The notes under the pieces: generated by a model | The model's database searches: none | Told to the model about the DNA's origin: nothing | Seen by the model: the letters and a program-made list of their open reading frames with translations, nothing else | Shown here: piece after piece, positions 25,446 to 40,764 of the stretch | Layout: every line of letters begins with the position of its first letter | How positions within the stretch are numbered: the stretch's first letter is position 1 | Assembly: GCA_951406725.2 (NCBI GenBank) | Contig: OX597814.1 | Coordinates: 52,700,001 to 52,764,000 of the forward strand | DNA length: 64,000 nt | From: Octopus vulgaris | Lineage: Eukaryota | Direction: 5' to 3' | Position numbers and translations under genes: made by a program

Positions 25446-27119
25446 ATTACTTCTCCTTCACTGAATTACTATTTTCTCTCCTCTCCCTTCACTTATATTA
25501 CTCTTTTTCCTACTGCCTCCTGTGTGATTTTGGACAAATATATAAAAACACTGTACTCAATATTATATTAGGAGATTCCATTTTCATCACACCATCACCA
25601 CATATAGTCATCAAGTGTGGTACCATGTACTAACAGTACTCCTGTTATCTTCAAACTGTATGCCCAGAAACTACCTCATGAATTCTTCAATTTTTCTCTT
25701 CCTATAGCTTTTCAATCTTAATCTATGGAAACATATGATGGTGGAACTCATTTCCAAAAAGGGCAACCTATTTGACATTGCAACTGTTTCAGCAATTCAT
25801 ACATAAAAATATTTGTAAACAGCCAACTCCTCTATCATCTGGAGTCACTCTCCTTTCTCCTTTCCTAGGAACTACTAACAGAGTTTGTTTAGAGCTGGTT
25901 CTACCAGACACTTGCAGTCTTGTGTCACACACTTATGGTTGCTTGCCCTTATGAACTTCAGTCAAACATCTTTGATGAGCTTGATCTAACTCTCAATTCT
26001 TGGATCAGAAGTTTGCTCTCAGACTATCTATTGCAGGGAGCACTGATGACTCTTACTGACCCAAATTCTACCAATACAAGTGTACCCCACCCTCTTTTTG
26101 TACTTTGATATTCCTTTTGTTGTTACTCTTAACTATACACACATTTTTATATATATATTTATATATCTGTGTGTGTATGTGTTACTATAAACATGAAGTG
26201 TCAGGTGCAATTTGGCCACAATTAAAAAGCTACACATTTTTCTTAGCAAGAAAGCTGCTTCTCAACTTTCTAGCTAAGATGAAACTAGTTAACAATTTGA
26301 AGAACTATAATCATGATACATACATGGTTTCCAATCCAAGAAAACATACACAAATATTTCCTGTAAAAACTTTCTCATATTTTCTGTTTAAAGTAAAGTA
26401 TATATAAACACTTGCATGTGCTTGTGCACACACACACACAAACATATGTATGCATGTTTGTATATATATATATATATTTATATATCTGTGTGTGTGTATG
26501 TGTTACTATAAACATGAAGTGTCAGGTGCAATTTTTCACCATAAATATTTGTGCATCTGTCTATATACATTTTCTTTGGCCACAATGAGCATCTATCTTT
26601 CTTTCTGTCAATCTGTCTCAACATTCACCATCACCACTTCCAACCATTGATACTCACACAGCCAACATCAACACGAAACATAATACAACTACATCCTTAA
26701 TGCACAACAAGAGCATCACTAGCATAAGATAAGAAACTGCATCTAAAATAATCACTTGAGATAATGTGGTACTCTAGTGTATTTTAAATGTTGAATGAAA
26801 TGTCTTTGATCTTAGACCAATGAGGATTGATTTGGGACTAAACAGCAATACCAATAAAATTAAAAGAACATTATGACCACTACAATCACCTACAATATTC
26901 CCACCATTATCATTACCTCCAGCACTAACATCAAAACCAATGCAACTAACACCTCTACAAGTGCCACTACCAACCTACCAACTTTTGAATAGCCAACTAG
27001 CAACAACAGCAATAATAATATCAGCATGTCTGTAGCTATGTGGGTTGTATGTCAACGTAATTATTTGTGTATGTACATGTATGTGTGTGAGTAGAGGGTG
27101 CATTTTTATGGTGCAATTT

Positions 27120-28620
27120 AGAGGTACATTGGTGAAGTGCCCATGAACCTGTAATCATAAAGTATTTTCTTCTACCTCGTTCCTTTTCATTTTCTCATTT
27201 CCATTCTTACATCTATAGGAATAAGACAACAATCTTTTGCTATTACAAAACAGTTCTTTCCTAGTGCTATTTTTCACTGCATATTTTTTGTGGATAGTTA
27301 TTGATTGCTCCTGCTGTTGGATTTATCTTCAATTCAACTCATCTAGAAAGAAACCATCAAGTGGAACTGAATGTAGTAGGGCAAAAAGGAATTGTTTTAG
27401 GATTACACTGGATATTAAACTCGATGTTTTAAAAGGGCTTGAAGTAGAAGAAGAAAAGCAACCTCATTGGCAAAGCATTGATACTTGCAACATCTACAGT
27501 AAGATAATTACATGACAATCGAGAGAAAATTAAATCAAGTGCTGAAGAATTTACTCAATTACCTGCTTGGATATTTTTTCAAAAAGAGAATGCCAGACAT
27601 AATATTTCCAAATGCATTGCTTCTTTTAGACAGTGCACCAAACCAGCCAGTAAACTTAAATGAGCTTTCTGGTAATGTGAGAGTAGAATTTGTCCTTAAC
27701 ACTACAACTTCTTCATTCTATCCAATGAATCAAGGTGTGATATCTAACTTCAAGGCATATATTATCTGTTAAGAACTTTCAAACAATTTATGGAAGTAGT
27801 TAGAGATTCATGAAAAAGGTTCAACGTAATGGATACTGATTCATGGGATGACAAAACCTTCAACTTTGAATGGTACTTGGTAAAAATATAAGGCCAGACA
27901 ACATCCATAACTACAGTGTTATCACAAATAGAATATCTACATCAAAATTGGAAAGATATGACACTTGCAAATGGAGTCATATAGGATGCTGTATTTGAAT
28001 GATTAGTTGACGCTTTGTAGAAGTCATATAGGATGATGTAGTTGAATGATTTCTCTATAGAGAAAATTTATCTAATTAGGTGTTGATGCTGTTAGAACAA
28101 AAGTAAACTGAGAATACAAATGAAAATACAGAAATTTCACCAACTCCACTTAAATGGACTGCAAAGAATATTGCTAATAGGTTGGTACTTATAGAGTAAG
28201 GTCTGTAAGTTTTTGCTGATCACCCTGATCCTGAATGTGGCATAAAATTTACAAGAGGGGTTAACAATGTGCTCAGTTTCTACACTGAACTGTATAAAAA
28301 GATTTTTTGCTCCTCAATTAGATGAAATGTAAGATAGAAAATAGTGTCCCTTGTCCTTCCAGTAACTCTTATTCTACCATCACCACAATCCCTCACACAG
28401 TAGTCAACATCTTTCGTGGTACTAATGTTTCCTATTACATTATCATTATCATTATTACTATTATTATTTCTCTTCAAATATTTTCATGTATACATATTGC
28501 ACTGTGTATAAAAATAGTTTTTTTTCTTTTTTTCTTGGGTTTCAAAAATGTCACTTATGATATGAGCATCAAGTGCACTGACATATATATTCATGTGTCA
28601 ATAGTTTCAAATCTCTAAAG
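27120..28620 (+). mobile_element. Decayed Tigger-like (pogo/CENP-B) transposon
   Basis: Fragments KRNCFRITLDIKLDVLKGLE (CENP-B N-terminal HTH) and ALLLLDSAP..NTTTSSFYPMNQGVISNFKAY (DDE_1). Confidence 0.75.
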
Positions 28621-30149
28621 ACCAATATTCTACTAGTTTGTAATTTGGAATATCTTGTGACTTTTAAGAGCAATTATAACTGATTACAATGTTATAATAG
28701 TTGTACTCATGATAATTGTCTGTATTTATGAATTTCCTCTGAGAAATGTAAAAGGAAGAGTCAGTCAATGTGATATAACAGCACAAATCATTTTCACTTT
28801 ATAATCTTTTTTCAGGGGATATTAATTCTAGTCTCACATATTGTGATATTTGAATGCCCGCCTTAGGTGGTAATTCATCTATAGAATATTTCGTAATGCT
28901 TTCATTCCATTCTTGTAGTGTAAGAACATTTTAAGTTGATAATGACTTAGAATATTAAATTTGGAACCATTTTAAATTAAACATTGAAAATTGAATAAAT
29001 TTGAAACTAAGGCATCCGTGGAAACTTAACAGAATTGTTCCCAGAGCTATGTATAGTGATAAATTATATACAATTCTTCCTTTTATTTTCTGTATTTCAA
29101 CTATATATTGAGAAAATAGAATGCTTTCTTTCTTATTGGTAGAATAATGCAATTAAAATTACACACTATGTGATTGTGAATACAGGTATGCAATGTAACA
29201 TAATTTAGATGCAGTAAATATAGTAGTTCTTAAATTATCACAATAATCAAGGTATATTTTATTGTCTTTAGGTCAAAATGTTTATGAGCAGATTGCTAAA
29301 GAAGTAAATGTTCGTTTTTTAAACTGTCAGAAGTTATGCTGTAGAGGCTAAGCCAAGATAGAATTTAATTACTAATGGAAGAAAGAGAGAGAGAGATCTT
29401 ACCTAAGGCTGCCTATGACAACTACAAGAGTTGGGATAGACAGTAGTTTTACTTCTGTTTCAGCAACCAAAAATTAGCTCACAGACTACCAGTTTCTGAT
29501 TGGCTTTATGACAATGGCGAAACTAAAATATTGTCTGCATAATGTTGCTATACATCTCTCGAATGCTGATTCTTATATTGACCATTAGATTTCATGATTT
29601 TCAAAGCTATTGTTTTTATTTTGTTTATATTTTGATAGTTATTGATCAATAATTGTATAAATGCATTTATAACCTGTATCAGTTGCTGTCATCTTGAAAT
29701 TGAAGGGCTGATAAACAGCACATTAGAATATATATGATGCTTTGTAACTGGAGTTCAAGTGAAATTAGAGATGAAAAAATATTCTCATGATTTCAAATAA
29801 TTTAAAATGCAAAAGAAGGGATAAATCTTTTTGCTTTTTATGGGTAAAAAACTAGGTCAATAGTTAAAAGCATTTTCAATTCAAAGATAGATCTATTCAA
29901 AAGATAATTTAGTAACATTGATGATGTACCTATTATTATCATTATTAATTGTTTGGGTAGTGTCTGGGAGATAAGGTAGTACATTTGTTGAAATGCTTTA
30001 CAATATTGTGATATGTGCCTTTACATTGTGAGTAGAAACCCCATCAGGCTTAACTTAGTCCTTTATCTCTTTCTAACCTTTTCACATGCTCTGCATTCAG
30101 TGGTCATGTTTTGCTATTATTAGTGTACCTGATCCTTACTTGGAGAGAG

Positions 30150-32470
30150 AATCCCTTCACTTACAGCAAAGATTGCTTGCTGAACTTTTCCCACTCCATC
30201 CTTTCTCTGGTTTTATACTTCCAGAACACCTTCCTCCAGTGCTGCTTAGGTCACCTAGGTAAATGAACTCATTAACTACAAAGAAACCTAAGCCTTTCTA
30301 AGAATTTATTTCATGGCTGCTCTTACTCCTTTCTCCTATACATTCTGATACTTTTGCATCTTTTGTCCACATTGAGTGAACAAGAGTATTGAATTCTTTT
30401 CTGTTCCTTTTTCCAAGGTAAGCATAGCCACTTCATAGATTGCAGTACAGTTTTGTCTTCTTTCTAGTTAACTAAAACTTCTAACATTTTCTAGAACTTA
30501 CTTCCACATTTATAATTTTTTCTCTAACTCTTTAACAGATTCAGCTAAGAGAAATAGGTCATAAGCATACAAAGGTTTTCACAGGCAGTCTGTATTAAAT
30601 TTCTCTGGAGTTGTTATTTAATAATAAGTTAGCTCTGATTCAACAGATGTATGGTTAATGGCATTCCATCTGTGACAATTCCATTAGTTTTGTATATCTT
30701 GGACTACATAAATACATCTAGCTCTCCTTCTAGCTACCTAATATTGCTCTTTGTACTTCACTTTTCCATTCCTTCCAGGCTTGTCTTTGAGTTTTTATGA
30801 TAATATCTACCATATCATTCCATGGCTATATCCCCTTCTGCTTGGGTAGAACCTAGCTCTGTCCACCGGATATAGGCTGTGACTTAGAGTAGGTTGTCTT
30901 ATAGAAACTCCCTGTTGTCTCTATGTTATAGGTTTCTATCTCCACCTGTTTCTCAATATGTACATCATCTAGTACTTCTTTGAAACTATATCTATCCAAG
31001 GAATCTTTCAACTTTCTACATTCTTTCTGAAGTCTGACTTGTTTGTGTGTGTTCACTTGAGTGATAGGTGATAAAGTGGGTGCTTAGCTGTTTCCTTTAA
31101 GTTAATGTTGCAAATAAGGTAATTTGGCTCACAGAACTTTAAGAGACTTAATTTATCTTCATTTGTTATACCATAACCATAGCTTCCATGACTTTCAGAT
31201 TAGCCACTGTGGTGTTGCTAAGCATGTCCATTAAAGTTGTCATCAGTTAGGAAGATAGTCTACAAGAAGGCTCTATACAAATAACCTTTCACTCATCTGT
31301 CAGTCCTGATTGTAGTACACCTGCAAAGATTATTGTTGCTGTCATGTTGCTTTTGACTTGCCTAAACTTACCATGTTTAATTACACACTTTACCCTACCA
31401 AAATCAATATTAAAACTAGTGGGCATATAGTATAAGGCTGCCACCTATTTTTCTCAATGCATTTTTATTATGAAATAAAGTAAGACTTTTTCGTTTTTCA
31501 AATAATTATATTATTATACCTTCACTATTTTATTTAAAATAATGTATTAAAAAATTAGTACATTGGACTATAATAGATTATCTAATCCTATAACAGTTGT
31601 GCAACACTGCATGTTATATGTAGAATTATATGTTTTTAAGATAAGTTAAGTACACCAACTGAGATGTATATTATACAGGGACTTGTATGGTAAATATCGT
31701 ATCACATTCTGACTATTAGAGTTTCTTTATTCATATCTCTGTCTACATTTCTCTCTCTAAATTACTTGGAAGAATTTGCACCTATGTTATTTGCCCATGA
31801 GGAGTCTGACTGAACTCCCCTCCAGCTTATCTCTTGTACTCAGCAGTTATCTACTTGCCTCCACTTTAACATCTCTGTATCCTCTTCAGACTTACTTTTC
31901 ATTGTGTCAAAGCTGAAGGTGGCAACCTTGAAGTTTTGCACCTGACAGGGAGAAGAGAATTTTTGGTGGTGTTTGGATTGTTTAATGCCAATTTTCTGCA
32001 TCTGAAAAGAAGAGTTGAGTTGATGTAAATGGCCAAAGGGTTCATGCACATGGTCAGATGTTCCCATTTGGTCACCACACTGCTATGCACAACACTAGAA
32101 TGGGAAGCTTTTTATACAGAATTAGGTTTGTTCATTGATTTGACTGTCATGTTTTTGGCATGTTATTTTTGTTTGTTTGACAACTAGATACCCTTCCTAT
32201 CACAAATGTTTTTATAACATGAACTTGATATATTTTATTCTACCGCTACCATTAGAGAGATTGTTTGGCAGCATTGAAGGATCTCATCTTATTGCATCAA
32301 TTTTTAATCAGAATTGCTGTTGCTGTGTCTTGCAGAGTCCACATCTCACACTTGCAGAAGTTTATTCACAATTACTGCTTTCCCAGTTTAGTTACTGTAC
32401 AGCCCAGCCTCCTAGTCAGATGTGGAGTCAAGCCTCTCCTTAATGCTTCTTGCTCACAGTATAATATACT
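30150..32470 (-). mobile_element. Decayed RTE-clade LINE
   Basis: Minus strand fragments similar to 'ATIISAYAPQSGL' (APE domain) and 'KRQAWKEWK..YQVARRRAR'. The 5' part resembles 46500-46720. Confidence 0.6.
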
Positions 32471-34799
32471 GTTAAGGGGGCTCACAGTGTGGTAGCTGAA
32501 GGTTTGGGAATTATAGTGAACTGGTAAGTTTGTTTGGAGTACCTGAATTTCTAGACTAGTCATGCTTCAAGAATAACATGGTAGCACATCTCTCCCTGAC
32601 ATAGGTAGGGTTAGGGTTAGGTATTTGATTACCAAGTAGATGGGAATTGCCTGAGATTGTTGCGTTTTGCCCTTACTGTCTATGGCAGACAGCTGGGAAT
32701 TAGGCTATCTTCATAGTATTAGACAGGGAACCTCCATGGTCAAGTGGAGTGGAAGGAAAAGTTAGCAAGTTGAGAAGCAATATAAGGATAGTTTGAGTAA
32801 TGGCTGCTCAAATTTGTCAAGCTAGGGATGGGAGAATGGAGAGCCACCAATTATGTTTGCATGGAGACAAATAGAGAGAGAGAGAGAGATTATGTACACT
32901 TCCTAGAAGTTAAAGAAGACTCTTAATAGTAATAGTAATAAAAGTAACAGAAATATTTTCTTAGCTTAAAATTAGCACAGTTGCTCATATCAGCTTTGGG
33001 AAATGGTGAACAATATGTCACCTTCACAAGCTGTCAGTATTTGCAGATGTCTGATTACCCACCTGGACAAATCTTTGATGAAGCTGTTGGAAAAGGCAGG
33101 AAGAAAGAGAGAAAACACCATATTTGCACAACAGCCATTATATGTATATAATTTTCTGCATTGAAGGGTCACACTCTCTCTCACATAAATTGCATGATGG
33201 TATTTATAATTTATTGTCATAAGAGAATATAATCTTGCTTACTCTCTCTCTCTATGTTAGGAGACATAGAGCAACATACATAATAAATTAGTTGTGACTT
33301 ACTCTTTTGATTTTTAATTTATTCTAATGAATAGCTAGCATATTTCATTTGAAAAATTAATTTTAGTTGTTGATTTGCTGTGTTAAGAGATTTTGTGTAG
33401 TCTACTTTCTCCCTGCTTGATTGTGTTCAAATTCCTTAGCTTAGCCCCTCCTCCCTTATGAATAATTCATAGCCTACTGTCACACTATTACGACTCAAGA
33501 TATTTTATCGTATTTTCACCTGAAATATTGGCTTTATTTTATTAGATACAAAGCTATATGCAGAGACTAAACAAAAGTAAGACACATTGAAGGAGTTCAA
33601 GGACAACTAAATTTTAGTTATACCTGCCCAGCAGTGACTGAAATTTTAGCTATCTCTTCAAATTGAACTGGCTTGTTCTATTTTAACACTATAATTTATT
33701 AGACCAAATTTAAAGTTTTGAAAAGGAATAGGAGAGTACTTGATTCAACTGATAATTTATTATACGACTGATAATTTATTTTATCAATCTTCAGTTGTAT
33801 GGAGAGTAACATAGATAAATCTGTAGTGAGTCATGTTAGCACTATTTTGTTCTGATGACATAACACATTTGTGCTATGCCCATTTTATCCATTTACTCGT
33901 GGTTGCATAAGAATACACGTGGCAACTTCCACCCAGCAGTGAAGCACATGTTTTTCAAAGGCAAAAAACCAGTTGCCATTGGATGACCAAGATTAAAACA
34001 TCTAGTTGGACCTTCAAGTTAACAAGATATTGTCTCTGATTTTTCGGCAAGATTCTAACTTGCTTTGCATGCCACTTATTGGATTTGTTGTATATTCTTG
34101 AAATCTTCAAGTTACAAAATAAACTAACTTGTATGTTATTAGAAATTAACTTATGTCTCACTACACGCTATTTAACTTGAACCTTTAATTACCTAGGGAT
34201 ATGCTTTTCTACTACTACATGTGTGATCTACCATCAAGGAATAAAAGTGTTATGTTTATTAACAAAAAGCATTGCCTTCTGATATTTCTTACATACATAC
34301 TAACCTAGCCAATGTGGTATTGTCATTCTATTTTGTCAAACTGGTAACATAACTTTTATCTCCTATACATCACATTACTGTTCTAACTTAACTTGATTAT
34401 CTTTTATTGCTTGTAAAAAACCTCAATAGGATTTGAACTCACACAGTGAGATGTCAAAATATATTGCCAAGTAGCTTATTCTCTACTCTCTGTTCCAACT
34501 TCTTCTTAAAGAAAACTTTGTTATATTAAAATCAAATTTCTTTCAACTTTGATACATGTTAGTGTAGTATTGTAGAGGCTGTTTAGGATGGGATGGATTA
34601 AAAGAGCTAACATAGATCATGTGGAGAATGTGTTTCTGTAATTTTATAAGGGCATGAAAAATCTGATAAAGAAATCTAATTTCTGGATGAGAATTACTCA
34701 AGATAGAGAATTAAACTAAGAGGTTGATAACTTTAAAATGAGGTCCAATGATTTACAATGATTGTGCAGAGTAATGAAACTAAAAACTTATGTGTCAAC

Positions 34800-35420
34800 T
34801 TTTTAGAGGTTGGATATATGAGGAGTACAACCACTTCTAAGCATGAAAGTAACAATTTTTAAACATACACAATACAGTATGTATACATGAAAAAAATGTT
34901 TACAGAGAAATGCATAAGGAAATAAATAAGAATGCAATAATATCTTAGTAGAATAAATAACTCTCCACACAAGATGATGACTACTGTGTGATGAGAAATG
35001 GGCAGTAGGAGTTACATCAAGTTTAACATCCAACAAAATCTCATTTTTAGAACTTATTTTGACACTATTGCTTTCACTTCTACGTGATGACCCTTTCCCA
35101 GTCATCTGTGCACATTCGTATTTAAAATCTATTGCTAGGAAAGATAGATGGGAAAGTGGCACCAAACAGCACAGCAATAAAATCTAAGAAAAATAGTAAC
35201 GAGCTGCATCTGCCCAAAGTGGTCTTATTACTGGACACAAAATGAAAATGATAGAATGAAAGGGTTAGAGGAGTGAGTTTGAAAGGTGTGAGCTGTATGG
35301 AGGATAGGGAGTAATATTATGATTAAAGTTAGTAAAAAAACCAGGGCAAAACTGTTGAGAGCATTGAGAAATGAGGTTAACTGAATTGATACACAGACAC
35401 ATACATGTGTGCGCATGCAC
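34800..35420 (-). mobile_element. Internally deleted relative of the Tigger-like element at 27.1-28.6 kb
   Basis: The reverse complement resembles 27180-27430 (..ILLDVKLDV) joined to 28450-28620. Confidence 0.55.
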
Positions 35421-36619
35421 ACACACATACACACATGCAAATAAGGTGTGGTAGAGGAGTGAATGGCTAGTTGTTAGCAAGAATGTTGAAAGCAATTAAA
35501 AACAAAGTGGGGGAGTAGAGAAGGCTTTAAGTAGCTGTTGGCAATAATGTTAGAGCAATGTAAAAAAAAACAAACTAGAAAACATTTGTAGAAGAAAAGC
35601 TTGTAAGCAACAAAAATGTATAGAGAATACAGACAGAAAAATGGTGAGGAAAGCAGCTGGATGTATAAAATATTACCTCATATATATTATTTCTCAGAAA
35701 AATTTATTTTTTGTACACACATGTATGAATTATGATTTTAGGTTTTTAAATCGTTAATATATACAGGCATAGGCGTGGCTCTGTGGTAAGAAGCTCTCTT
35801 CCCAGCCACATGGTTCTGGGTTCAGTCTCACTACATGGCACCTTGGGTAAGTGTCCTCTATTATAGCCTTGGGCTGACCAAAGCCTTGTGAGTAGATTTG
35901 GTGGACAGAAACTGGAAGAAGCCCATCTTTTTTCTAGGTATACTGTATTCAGAACTACATTAACTCATTTGTTCTTATTCAGGATGGTAGGATTGGGTTT
36001 GAGGGATGTTTTTCTTCTATTTCTAATAGACCATGTAGAAGCTCTCATTAGCTTAAAAGGATTTTGTAAATTGCAAGTGATATTTTTCATAATTCAGTTG
36101 TGTGTCTTTACTTGTTTCCAATGAAAAATATTTGTCGTTGAAATATTCCTGCTCTACATCCTATTAAGATCTGCTTTTCACCCATATTCACTTCTAGTGT
36201 ATCCAGTTGATGATGATTTTAATTAGCTTGGAGTTATAGGAGTTTCAATGAATTTGGGAAGTTGTGATCTTCATGCATTCCAGTAGCACAGTGAAAGTAA
36301 ATGCAAGAAATAGGCACAGGTGTGACTGTGTGTTAAGAAGCTTGCTTCCCAACCACATGGTTCTGGGTTCAGTCCCACTGCGTGGCCAAGTTTTTTCTAC
36401 TATAGGGCTTTACTTGGGCTGACCAAAGCTTTGTGAGTGGATTTGGGAGATGGAAATGGAAAGAAGCTCACCATATATATATATGTGTGTCTGTTTGTGT
36501 GTTCATATATAACATATAAACATGTACATTTATTAGAACATTGTCATTTTATAAGATTTTGCTGGCAAATTTTAAAATTAACATAAACATTTATTTACAT
36601 GATAGAAAATTAACAGAGA

Positions 36620-38055
36620 ACTTGCCAATCAGCCTCATGGGCATCACTTGATGGCTTAGTAAGGCGAGCTGCCAACCTTGACAAGAACTTCGTGGTCAGT
36701 GGCCCAGTCCCTCCGAATGTCTCAAACACCACAGGTTGGAAGAACTAGTTCACTGTCATATCTCAATACTTCAGGGTTTTCTCCATTCAGCTGTGAAAGC
36801 AGTAACCCTCCCATTAACTACAGCATCCAGGATGTGGGAGGGAGCAAAGGACTCACAGATTGTGGTGTCCCAAATGAGGCACCGACCTTTAACCCACTTG
36901 GTCTCTTTCCATCACTTCTGGATAACCTTGATGGCTCCAGAACTGAGAGGATATTAATCCGAGCCAGGGCCCATTAGGTTTAGCTTGGTGTGACAAGTGA
37001 AGCGACCAGCATTTAGGTGGCAAGACAGACCTTAAAGACCTGTTGGGTGGAAGGGCCTACCATAGCGGCATCTTAGTCCCCTACAGATGTCAGCTCTCAC
37101 TCTGAGTGTGATGGAGATGTGGAATTCATCTAGACTGAGTAGACCTCCAATGTTAGCCACAGGCAGGGCATCAATCCAGTCCCCTGAGAATTTTGCACTA
37201 GCTGAAAGTAGGCGACACCTCAAAAATTGATCAGATTGATGAAGGATAAAGTTGAAAGTGACACTTGAACGCAGATTGTCCCATTCTCTGTTTCCGGCTA
37301 TCCTCCACTGTAACCAGAACTGACAAACCCAGCTCTCTCCACTGTGATAGAGCTTCATCCTTCTCCCTGTTGGAAATAGTCTATGTTGGAGAGGAGAGGA
37401 TGTTCCCTATCAAAGGGGAGCAAGTGTGGATGGAGGAAAGAAAACAGGGAAGCGATAAAGACAAGCACTTGTGCAGACCTTGACCCCTAGCATTTGGTCA
37501 AAGTATCTTGGTCGCAGGAGCCTGGGGAGAGACATTGACCAATCATTTTGGTTTTCTGAAGATTAGGTCATCAAATTATTGGAGGGATGACAGGAATCTG
37601 TAAGAGGGACTGACTCTCAGAAAATACAATAGCTTAGGAATCAACAAGTAATTCCTAAGTATAAAAAAACCTTAGTGGGGCTCAATTACTTCAAGGTTTT
37701 TAAAAAGTTGTTCAAGGTTAGCCATGTTGGATCTAAAGATAGACTTGAAAGCTAGGTCAGTAATTGGGGCTCCAAGGGAGCACCATGCTAATGAAGGAGA
37801 AATCACGATTGAATGAAGAGAATCAACAAATAAACATTTCAGCTGGGTGATTGAGGAACCAGAGCTAGCATTTGGAGCTGTTAACGTTAACACCTCTATG
37901 ACCAAGTTCCTCAATAATCGTCTTCACAGTTGCAAGCACTTTGTCAGGAGGGTCTCCCAAACAAGCATCATCAAGGTACCAGACACATTTTTCAGTTGGT
38001 GTTTGTTGTTTAGGTTTGTACATGAATGGTATCAAGTTTGAAAAAAAACCCATTT
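36620..38055 (-). mobile_element. CRE-clade (RLE-type) non-LTR retrotransposon, 5'-truncated and decayed
   Basis: VWYLDDACLG (RT). FSGDWIDALP..LRV...C.C (zinc knuckle region). SVLEPSRLSRSDGKRPSG..CLIWDTT..AEWRK..FQPVVFETFG (restriction-like endonuclease). Confidence 0.8.
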
Positions 38056-39069
38056 TAGCTTTTAATCTACTTGTTATTAGTTCTTGTTTGTGTATGTTTC
38101 TTCAAAATTGTAATAGTAGGAGAGTAATGCTTTAGAAAAATTGCCACCAAGCTCCTGAAACGTGTTTGAATGTTCTTATTTCATGACTATTTGGTGTAAG
38201 TTTTAAGTTTGGGGGCATATTTTGCTTGGGAAACTTTTTACTGTTTACAGTAGTGACAAGATTCTGTAGTTATGTAATATCTTGAGTTTCATAAGTGCTT
38301 GAAGTAGATTTTATTTCCTCCTTGTATGACATAATTTATCATTTTGATAATGTTGAAATGATATTAATCCACTTCAAAAACTACCCTGAATTGGGATTTA
38401 GGAACATCTTTGTGAAAGCATCCCATTCTTGACATAAAATCATTGGTCACCCCAACTTTTATATTAATGTAACCTGCTTTGTTTATCATACTTAAAAACC
38501 ATAAACAAGTTCTATCAAATTGAAACTGAATCCTGGCAAGTTTCTTCATGTAATTTCTGGCAATTTTCATACATCAAGACATTTTTCCTGATAATCAAAC
38601 AAATGTTTACTTAAATGAACAATAAAATAAAACATGCAATATTGATTTTATTAAGTGGTGGCCAGAAATCACTGCTGCTTAATCTTATCCAAGATATATT
38701 TTATAAAGTTAGAGTGTTTGAGAATCAACAATAAAGCATTTAATCTTTCTTTCTTAAGATGGATGTGTATGTGTGTGTCATGTGTGTATTTTCTGCATAT
38801 TTGTGTTTTTCCTTGATTGCATGTTTGTGTCCTGCCATTTTGAGCTCTGCATTTGAAAAAGTTTTACATTCTTGTAGCTCATGAGTTGTGCTGAATATGA
38901 AGGTGTAAACATGATGTTTTCATGAAGTGACGAGTAGCAATTACAAAGAACTATGAGATAATACTGGCCAGGCTGCTCATTAACATCTATGTTGATGATA
39001 ATATTGATTTATCCCTTAATTGACTTTTTTTTTTAAATAATTCAGTGCATTTTTTCTCTTCTATTGCAG

Positions 39070-39147
39070 GGACTATTGAAAATATATTAAAAGAAAATGA
39101 TTATTTGATCTGTGCTCACTGTCCTGAGCCCATGCCTCTAACTACAG
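39070..39147 (+). CDS. Universal stress protein, coding exon 2 of 4
   Basis: Polypyrimidine tract and TTGCAG acceptor. Reads (W)TIENILKENDYLICAHCPEPMPLTT. GTGAGT donor. Phases 1/1 match the neighbouring exons. Confidence 0.9.
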
Positions 39148-40764
39148 GTGAGTAGTGATTTCTTTCCTTTTTTCTCTTTTACTCTTTTCAGCCATATGGC
39201 TGTGATCTCACTTTGTAATTAATAGTTATGTTCAACAATTTTGGTAACTTGTTGGGGAACCAAAAGTAAAATAACTCTTATCTAAGGCATGAGTATTACA
39301 GTTGCCTGCTTTGTCTTTCTTGATAAACCATATACAATTCATATGAAAGAAAATACTCCTATAGCACAACACTCTTCCTACTCATTAAATAACATACAGC
39401 TGAAAAAAACCCCAGAAGAATCAGACCTCTAGAAATATGACTTTTCATGGCCATTACATAGGTATGACAGTGCTATCATTGTTTACCAAAGGTTGGTTGT
39501 TCCATCTTTAAGACAAGAAAAATATATCACTCTGAACAGTTTGCAGACTCACTACAAAGTAGAAATATGTCCACATTAGGTACTGTTAGCATATCTATAT
39601 AGTAAAGCTATCATATATGCAAACAGTCAAGACTGTTCTAACAAAAACATCAAGCCAAAGGCAAAAGCTCTTTTTCGTTAATTTGTTATAACCTGTTGCT
39701 CAGCAGTGTGTTGTGGTCTAAGTCTGTTAGATCTCTGTCCCTCCTCTGATCTACTCAACATACCTAGTAAATGCAACTCTCCTTTATCATCTATACTGTG
39801 CTTCTCCTCCCTTGGCTCCTATGAAGTACTTGTTCCAATAGTTTCTCCAGCTTTTTGAATTCTTCTTCACCCATATTTCACACCACCATCATCTAGCAAA
39901 ATAATCTGTAGTTGTTCAAACTTGAACATTGACTGGATAAACTGCAATAGTCTGGGATTGGTTGCAAGTATTTTGTGTGTACTGTATCTCAGCTTCAGAC
40001 TAAATTTTGTGTGTTTGTGTATATTCGGCTTATTATTGTGTATTAACTATTCAAAGATGTATTTGAAGTGGTCTGTATATGTCTTGTTGAGTCAATTAAT
40101 ACTTTCTTTTTAAGGTAACTTGCTTTAAATTGGCAGTTTCCTCCATGCATTTTAAAATAAAATAGAAAAGCTCTTCAAAAATTGCTTTTTTACATGTATA
40201 TTCCAAACATCAAAATTAATTAGCCTAATTGTTAAACATATAGTTTTCTTTCCAAATTAATGGAGAACTGGATGTAGCTGTGTAATTATACATATCAGGG
40301 TTTCTCTACTGGGGATACCATTCTTCTTGACAGTATGGGAACCAAAGGGTGGCAGAATGAGACATAGTCTATAGTATTACTAATTTCTCATGGTTACCCG
40401 CATGTGACATAAAACCAAGTTATTAACATCTTTTGAAGCCATAGTGGCTCTGAATAGAACTGATTATGATGATTTTTATAGTTTGGCAACATATGTCTTA
40501 GGACATATAGAGCAATCCTTTAGGGATTTGAATTATAAAACGTCAAGTACCTATGATCTAAATAATCTGCATTTAATTGTAATATATAGTCTTGGTATCT
40601 TGAGCATTTCATTTATCCTTTCCTTCTAAAATCTGTTTAAAATGAAATTATTTTTTATATATGTGGGAGAGGTAGACCCAGAAAGATGTGGGATGGAGTG
40701 GTGAGAAAGGATCTACAAACATTGGGATCCTCAGAGGGTTGACAGGGAACTGAGACACCTCGCA

